Assembly: GCA_043804695.1 (NCBI GenBank)
Contig: JAZDIV010000079.1
Location: forward strand, 1 to 24,376
Length of the DNA stretch: 24,376 nt
Origin: PVC group bacterium
GTDB taxonomy: Bacteria > Auribacterota > Erginobacteria > Erginobacterales > Erginobacteraceae
Reading direction: 5' to 3'
Made by a program: the position numbers and the translations under genes. Position 1 is the first letter of the stretch, and every line of letters begins with the position of its first letter. Below the pieces are notes generated by a model. The model searched no databases, was not told the DNA's origin, and saw only the letters and a program-made list of their open reading frames with translations. Below are positions 19,395 through 24,376 of the stretch, piece by piece.

Positions 19395-20721
19395 CCTGGT
19401 CCGTTCCGCCCCATCCGTCGTCTGCCGTAAAAAGCAAGATGTAAGGCTCCGGACTCGCCTGCCCCGGGGCGGTCTTCCAGCTGAAGGCTCCCGATTTCGG
19501 GTCGAGCGAAGCGCCATCCGGAAGCGTACCATCCCCGGCGCAGTAGGACGGCGGGTCGCCGTCCGGATCGGTCGCCTCGAGCGTGAACAGGAGCGTTCCC
19601 CCGGGGCAGACCGTGAATGGTCCGGCCTCTTCCAGGACCGGGGGGCGGTTGATGTCTTCGATCTCCAGCTCGTGGCCGTAGGAGAGGTAGAGCTTTCTTC
19701 CGAAGACGCAGACGCTGAAAAACTGCTGGCCGGACTCCAGGTGCTCGACTAACCACGGTGTCGCGAGGTCCATTCGGTAGTAGCCGGGCGTGCCGGTGCC
19801 GCATTCGGCTTCGTCTTCCAGGTATACCCGGCCGCCGCTTTCGAACATCCGCCGCACGTACAGGCCCGGCACCTTGGTGATCTTGGTGATCTCCCTGGTG
19901 GGTAAATCCAGGCGGTAAAGATAGTCGCAGGTGTCCAGGAAATAGGCCGCGTCCCCGACGATCAGGAAAAAATTTTGCAGCTCCTCCATTCCGGCGGAAA
20001 GTATATCGAGACCCGTCATCGTCACGGGATCGATGACCAGCACCATCCCCCCGTCGACATAACCGTCGAACTCTCCCCACTTGATCGTATCAGCCCGGGC
20101 ACAGGTCGTGGTATAGAGGTAAATCCCGTCGGACGCCAGGCTGTGGGTGGAATCGGGGGCCCAGACCCCGGCGATTACCTTCATCCCGTTCGGATCGATC
20201 TTGAAGATCTGCTCGCTTTGCGGTTTGTAAGGCGGATCATAACCGTGGTAGGCGGCGGCATATAGGTACCCGTCTTTTCCCGCCACGATGCCGGTGATAT
20301 TGTATTCGCAGGGGTTACACCAGCCGGTTCGCTGGAGCGTTTCTTTGTCAATCTGGATGACGTAGCCTTCGTCGGTCCCCACATAGAGATACGCTTCGTC
20401 CGAGGTCATGATGGTGATCTCGTGATCCCAGGTCAGGAATGTGTCCGTCATCAGGGCGGAAGCGGGGATTGTTCCCTGAAGGGCGAAGCCATGATCGTAC
20501 ACGTTGATGTAGCCCATGTTGTACCCGGGCCAGGTTTTTCCCCATAAGCCCTTTTTCTCGTAGGCGTTGTAGATGTAGTCCGCGTCGACGTAGTTCGTTG
20601 TCAGAAAATAATCGGGGTCGTCCGGTTCGGCCTCCGGAAAGAACTCGCCCTGGACGGGCCGGAGTCCGCCCAGAAGAAGGATTGAGGACAAAAGAGCCGG
20701 CAGAAGCATTCGCTTTTTCAT
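19180..20721 (-). CDS. Secreted hypothetical protein: probable beta-propeller + putative Ig (He_PIG-like) domain + Pro-rich tail, 513 aa
   Basis: Signal peptide MKKRMLLPALL...VQG. About 40-aa repeats of type D(G)xYLY....(K/V)IDP. NRPPVL...ATDPDGDP...LPDGASLD...FSW Ig module. RBS AAGGAGG. Confidence 0.85.
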   Translation of the reverse strand: MKKRMLLPALLSSILLLGGLRPVQGEFFPEAEPDDPDYFLTTNYVDADYIYNAYEKKGLWGKTWPGYNMGYINVYDHGFALQGTIPASALMTDTFLTWDHEITIMTSDEAYLYVGTDEGYVIQIDKETLQRTGWCNPCEYNITGIVAGKDGYLYAAAYHGYDPPYKPQSEQIFKIDPNGMKVIAGVWAPDSTHSLASDGIYLYTTTCARADTIKWGEFDGYVDGGMVLVIDPVTMTGLDILSAGMEELQNFFLIVGDAAYFLDTCDYLYRLDLPTREITKITKVPGLYVRRMFESGGRVYLEDEAECGTGTPGYYRMDLATPWLVEHLESGQQFFSVCVFGRKLYLSYGHELEIEDINRPPVLEEAGPFTVCPGGTLLFTLEATDPDGDPPSYCAGDGTLPDGASLDPKSGAFSWKTAPGQASPEPYILLFTADDGWGGTDQVTVEITVGGCSKLKTALEAGGWKPSKKLRPLPDKKLLLKELPRELPANPFPPRPGPDPVPNHFRDRTPMYP

Positions 20722-20731
20722 GGAACCTCCT

Positions 20732-20773
20732 TCAAATCGCAGTGGTGGGGCATATCCCCGTAATTTTTTTCAT
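20732..20773 (-). other. 13-codon upstream mini-ORF MKKITGICPTTAI (leader peptide or relic gene start)
   Basis: GGGGAGG RBS followed by ctctac-ATG; its TGA overlaps the AAGGAGG RBS of the 513-aa gene. Confidence 0.35.
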
Positions 20774-20821
20774 GTAGAGCCTCCCCGGTTGAAGTACCTG
20801 GAGAATTATCCTTCTCATTTA

Positions 20822-20857
20822 ATACAATGCGAAACCGGCGATTTCCTTCCCGATTTT
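20822..20857 (-). promoter_or_regulatory. Conserved bipartite upstream motif, copy 3 (candidate promoter of the 513/1081/1390/573-aa operon)
   Basis: Minus strand AAAATCG-GGAAGG-AAATCGCCGGTTTC-GCATTGTAT; shares an exact 15-mer with copy 1 (plus strand ttccttcccgatttt at 20843-20857 and 4808-4822). Confidence 0.6.
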
Positions 20858-20876
20858 TTCTCGTACGAGAAAAAAT
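20853..20876. repeat. Perfect 24-bp palindrome ATTTTTTCTCGTACGAGAAAAAAT
   Basis: Self-complementary with no loop; lies directly upstream of the GGAAGG element of motif copy 3. Confidence 0.85.
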
Positions 20877-20895
20877 AATCCGGGATAACCCCCGG
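20870..20895 (-). terminator. Possible intrinsic terminator after the 1076-aa S8 gene
   Basis: Minus strand CCGGG(G)-GTTA-(T)CCCGG followed by ATTATTTTTT, about 50 nt after the stop codon. The stem is short. Confidence 0.4.
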
Positions 20896-20944
20896 CGCGA
20901 GCTTCAAATTGCTCCGAGGGTGGGGGAAACCGGGCCGGTTTCTT

Positions 20945-23900
20945 TTATCTTCCCCGGGGAGGCGGACAGGGAGTTGGCGTCGGCCAGGGAAAGGGGTTGA
21001 ACGGATCATTCGGATCGGGCAGGAACTTCGGCTGCCGGGGCATCAGTATATCATGGGAGGGGAACTGCAGCTTGATAACCGAACCCGAATATTCATCAGC
21101 GCCGATATCGAACTCTTTTCCCGTCCCGTCCTCACCTTTTCCCGGGATATCGATCGGCCGCGGATCGCCGTCTATGTCGATACCGGGAACGTATTCCTGG
21201 AAGATCCCCGTGTCTATACAGGGGGAGAAATACTGCAGGTGGTAATCCCCCGAGCCCGCGTCGACAAAGACGGGATAGGCATCCAGGTTGTCCCCGCTCG
21301 ACCACCCTCCCTGGATATTACAGGAGGTGACTTCCGGACTGCTCCCGGGGTCGCAGTAGAACTGCGGAAGACCCTGAGCCGTATTCATCCAGAAAATCGA
21401 GTTCAAAATTAACGGAGACGAACTCTCGCAGTAGAGACCGCCTCCCTCCTGCCCGGCCATACTGAAAGATCCGGCGGCGTTGTCGGCAACGGTGTTGTTA
21501 ATGATCGCGGGAGAAGAATAGAGAAGATAGATTCCCCCTCCTTTCCCGGCCGCCTCGTTCCGGGTAATAAAATTATTGGTGATCTCAAAAAAGGAATGCT
21601 TGAGGTAAATACCGGCGCCGTCGGTCTCCGACTGATTGCCGGTGATGTCGTTTCCGGTGATCTCTCCGGAGGTAAAGCTGCAGAGAACCCCCCCTCCTCC
21701 CTTGGCCGCGAAGTTATCCTTGATGGTGTTGTCGGAGATGACAATGGATGACCAGAAACAGTAGATCCCCCCACCCCATATCTCGCCGCCGTTCAGGATC
21801 GTAAACCCGGAGAGGGAGGAAGAAGAAGCCCGTTCAAAAGCAACAGCCCGGTCTCCGCCTCCGTTTATGGTGGTCTCGTTCAGTTCTACGTCTCTCGACC
21901 AATAATCCGGCTCATATCCGCCAAAGATGCAGAGACTCTGGAGCCCGCTGACCACAATGTTCTCGAAATAGGTGCCACGTGCCACATGTATGTTCGTGAA
22001 GGGCAGAGCGGCATCTACCCCGTCCTGGATGAACCGGTAGGGATCATCTTCGGTCCCGAGCCAGGGGGGGGTCAGGTTCTCGCAACTCACGTAAATATCC
22101 TTCCAGTACCCCGGGACGACAATCGCTTCGTTTCCCGGGTCTCCTCCGCAAATGAGATTCAACTGGAATGGGAGATCATGGTCCGCCGGAAAATTATTCC
22201 TGACCGCAAATGTGAATTCGGACGTCGCGAGTTCCCCGTAGCCTATCCCGTCAAGGATCTGCTGATTATCCATCATCTCCACATAGGGGTCATTCGTGTT
22301 CAGTGCCGTCGATACGTTCTGGACCGCTTCTCCGCTGTTACGAAGAGAGACCTTCAGAACTATCATCTCTCCCGGATCCGCCAGGCCATCACCATTTCCG
22401 GAACTGTCGTCCACCTCGACATGTTCTACAGCCACCTGGGGAGCGGGCGGCGGAGAGCCCAGCGCCGTGAGGGCATTTATCCTCCCCGTTCCCAGTTTGC
22501 CTTCATAGCCTGGATTAAACCCATCGATCTCATCAGCCGTGTTTTTTATATGACAGATGACGGCCGCGTTACTCCAGTCCGGGTGGGCCGATAGGATCAG
22601 GGCCGCCAGGCCGGCCACATGAGGGCAGGCCATGGAGGTCCCGGCCGTCCGGTAATAACCCTCTGAGACCTTGATCTGATCCGCATTCAGGGCGAACTCG
22701 CAATCACCGGACATAGTGGACAATATATTATAATCAGGCGGGGGCGCTATCGGCTCATCCGGGTATCCCCCGCCCGGGGCGGAGACATCGACTCTGTCAC
22801 CCCAGCAGGACGTGTACCATTTTACATCGTCGGGCGTGGTGGCCGCCACGGTAAGAACCTCGTCCATATTATTGGGAGAATAGTAGGCGACATCGTCCCC
22901 GTTGTTCCCGGCAGCGAAGACCAGTATCACCCCCAGCCCGTAGGCGTACCTGACAACCTCCTCGACCGGGGGATCTATCGGGTAGGGAGAATGATGTCCC
23001 CAGCTGTTGTTCACCACATCAGCGCCGTTATCGACAGCGTACTGTAGCCCCTCCACGAAAGAGTCGAGACCTTTATCACTCCCGGCTCCATTGACCGCCA
23101 TTATCTTACTGAACGGGGCGACACCGGCGATACCGATGCCGTTATTCGCCACCGCCGCTATTACCCCGGCGCAGTGGGTCCCGTGACCGTAACCGTCCCG
23201 GGGATCGTATTCTTTCTCCCCGTTCTCGATGTCGGGCTGGACATTCCAGCCCACCAGGTCGTCGGCAAAACCGTTTCCATCGCTGTCCTCGCCGTCGAGA
23301 TCGTCCGGGTCGAGTACCCACGTCTGGCCTATCGCGTCCCACTGCAGCACCCCGTCGCCGTCCAGGTCCTCCCCGGGGTTCTGCCAGATGTTCTGTTTGA
23401 GATCCTCGTGCCCGTAATCGACTCCGCTGTCCACGACCGCCACGACAATTCCTCCCCCGGGGGGTGTCTCACCCCCATCGAAGAGGCCGTTGTTGTTCTT
23501 GTCGAACGCGTTCCAGGCTTCGATGGCCTGGATCTTCTGTAACCGCCACAGATCGGGATAGTCCTGTCCCCAGCTCCCTTCTCGGAAGTGCCCCGGGTTG
23601 GCAGCATCCTCGATGAACTCATCATCCGGGATGTATGGCACCTCCGGGAGCGGGTCGGAGTTGAGCTGAGCATAAGAAACCGGGCAGGCCAGGTCCACCT
23701 CACTTAGATCCCCGTACTCCTTTGCCGCGGCGCCGATATCGACTCCTTCATCCATCTCGAGCCGGTACCAGAGAGATATATCGGGTATTTGCGCCCCACT
23801 CCGGGCCCGTGCGGCCCGTACCGGGAACTTCTTTTTTATCTCCTCCACGTGCTTTTGAAAGCTCATTCTCTGGCTCTTCATGCGCTTTACCATACCCGGG

Positions 23901-24175
23901 AAGAGCGGCCGTATTTCTTTAACGCCATATGTCCTGTTCATCCCGGCCACGCGCCACGGCAACCGACCGTATCTGCGATAATAGGAAGCGGTGGCCGGCG
24001 TGAACTTGACGAGGATCCGGCCGGGAACGACAGCATCTTCCTCTGCCCGGAACCCCTCTCCCTGCTCCGGCAACTCCGGCGGCGTGGAAGACGTTGAATA
24101 CGATATGTCCCTCGCCGGGGAGTGCCCCGGCAGGAGCAGCGAAAAACCGAGAACTACTATGCACAGCATTTTCAT
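20945..24175 (-). CDS. Secreted S8 subtilisin-like serine peptidase with prodomain, Ig-like domain, right-handed beta-helix and Pro-rich tail, 1076 aa
   Basis: VPGRILVKF prodomain; triad VVDSGVD, GHGTHCAG, GTSMACPHVAG; FAAGNN; LGTGRINA; GNGDGLADPGE domain; GGGIY beta-helix repeats; YHL...SPCID...DIGADEY. Confidence 0.94.
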   Translation of the reverse strand: MKMLCIVVLGFSLLLPGHSPARDISYSTSSTPPELPEQGEGFRAEEDAVVPGRILVKFTPATASYYRRYGRLPWRVAGMNRTYGVKEIRPLFPGMVKRMKSQRMSFQKHVEEIKKKFPVRAARARSGAQIPDISLWYRLEMDEGVDIGAAAKEYGDLSEVDLACPVSYAQLNSDPLPEVPYIPDDEFIEDAANPGHFREGSWGQDYPDLWRLQKIQAIEAWNAFDKNNNGLFDGGETPPGGGIVVAVVDSGVDYGHEDLKQNIWQNPGEDLDGDGVLQWDAIGQTWVLDPDDLDGEDSDGNGFADDLVGWNVQPDIENGEKEYDPRDGYGHGTHCAGVIAAVANNGIGIAGVAPFSKIMAVNGAGSDKGLDSFVEGLQYAVDNGADVVNNSWGHHSPYPIDPPVEEVVRYAYGLGVILVFAAGNNGDDVAYYSPNNMDEVLTVAATTPDDVKWYTSCWGDRVDVSAPGGGYPDEPIAPPPDYNILSTMSGDCEFALNADQIKVSEGYYRTAGTSMACPHVAGLAALILSAHPDWSNAAVICHIKNTADEIDGFNPGYEGKLGTGRINALTALGSPPPAPQVAVEHVEVDDSSGNGDGLADPGEMIVLKVSLRNSGEAVQNVSTALNTNDPYVEMMDNQQILDGIGYGELATSEFTFAVRNNFPADHDLPFQLNLICGGDPGNEAIVVPGYWKDIYVSCENLTPPWLGTEDDPYRFIQDGVDAALPFTNIHVARGTYFENIVVSGLQSLCIFGGYEPDYWSRDVELNETTINGGGDRAVAFERASSSSLSGFTILNGGEIWGGGIYCFWSSIVISDNTIKDNFAAKGGGGVLCSFTSGEITGNDITGNQSETDGAGIYLKHSFFEITNNFITRNEAAGKGGGIYLLYSSPAIINNTVADNAAGSFSMAGQEGGGLYCESSSPLILNSIFWMNTAQGLPQFYCDPGSSPEVTSCNIQGGWSSGDNLDAYPVFVDAGSGDYHLQYFSPCIDTGIFQEYVPGIDIDGDPRPIDIPGKGEDGTGKEFDIGADEYSGSVIKLQFPSHDILMPRQPKFLPDPNDPFNPFPWPTPTPCPPPRGR

Positions 24176-24227
24176 TGTCAGTGCCCTTTTTATAAATTAG
24201 CTCGCTTCGCTCGCAAATTTATAAGTG

Positions 24228-24251
24228 GCTCCCCGATTATCATCGGGGAGC
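24228..24251. repeat. Short hairpin GCTCCCCGAT-tatc-ATCGGGGAGC
   Basis: Perfect 10-bp stem with a 4-nt loop. Confidence 0.8.
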
Positions 24252-24296
24252 TGTTACTTAGTGTCTGAACGAAAACCCCATAAACGCGTAGATTTT

Positions 24297-24375
24297 GTCA
24301 TTGCGAGGAGCGGAGCGACGAAGCAATCTCCTCACAAACTAAGCAGATTGCTTCGTCGTTCCTCCTCGCAATGAC
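24297..24375. repeat. GTCATTGCGAG...CTCGCAATGAC long palindromic (REP/MITE-like) element
   Basis: Left arm GTCATTGCGAGGAGCGGAGCGACGAAGCAATCT (24297-24329) pairs almost fully with AGATTGCTTCGTCGTTCCTCCTCGCAATGAC (24345-24375); 15-nt loop. I recognise the termini as a widespread intergenic repeat type. Confidence 0.85.
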
Positions 24376-24376
24376 C

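Noticed and set aside
74..24200. Numerous 60-325 aa alternative-frame and antisense ORFs from the ORF track
   Set aside because: They overlap well-supported genes, have the Arg/Pro/Gly-rich shadow composition typical of GC-rich DNA, and show no recognisable motifs.
1..24376. CRISPR arrays, tRNA/rRNA genes, riboswitches, transposase or integrase genes
   Set aside because: No repeat-spacer periodicity, cloverleaf, recognisable aptamer consensus or recombinase motifs were seen by eye; a covariance-model search was not possible.

Overview
A GC-rich bacterial window with two parts. Left (+ strand): an NDP-sugar nucleotidyltransferase and an NSS/SNF Na+-dependent transporter that appears to carry a fused MetS-like small subunit. 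Right (- strand, about 21 kb): seven consecutive genes for signal-peptide proteins. In transcription order they are an S8 subtilase (1076 aa), a propeller/Ig protein (513 aa), a C25 gingipain-like protease (1081 aa), an S8 subtilase (1390 aa), a C25 (573 aa), a C25 (1569 aa) and an SGNH hydrolase with FG-GAP-like repeats (587 aa). All five proteases keep their catalytic residues. Three features go beyond routine annotation. (1) Five of the six protease-cluster proteins end in an unassigned Pro-rich, Arg-ending C-terminal tail. (2) Two unrelated genes share this tail as a 237-bp, about 95% identical DNA repeat. (3) Three intergenic regions carry the same bipartite motif GGAAGG-N14-GCATYKTA with identical spacing, which resembles an ECF-sigma promoter. 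Together these suggest a co-regulated, module-shuffled secreted protease system with a possibly undescribed C-terminal targeting signal. All family calls are from motif recognition by eye; no database searches were run.
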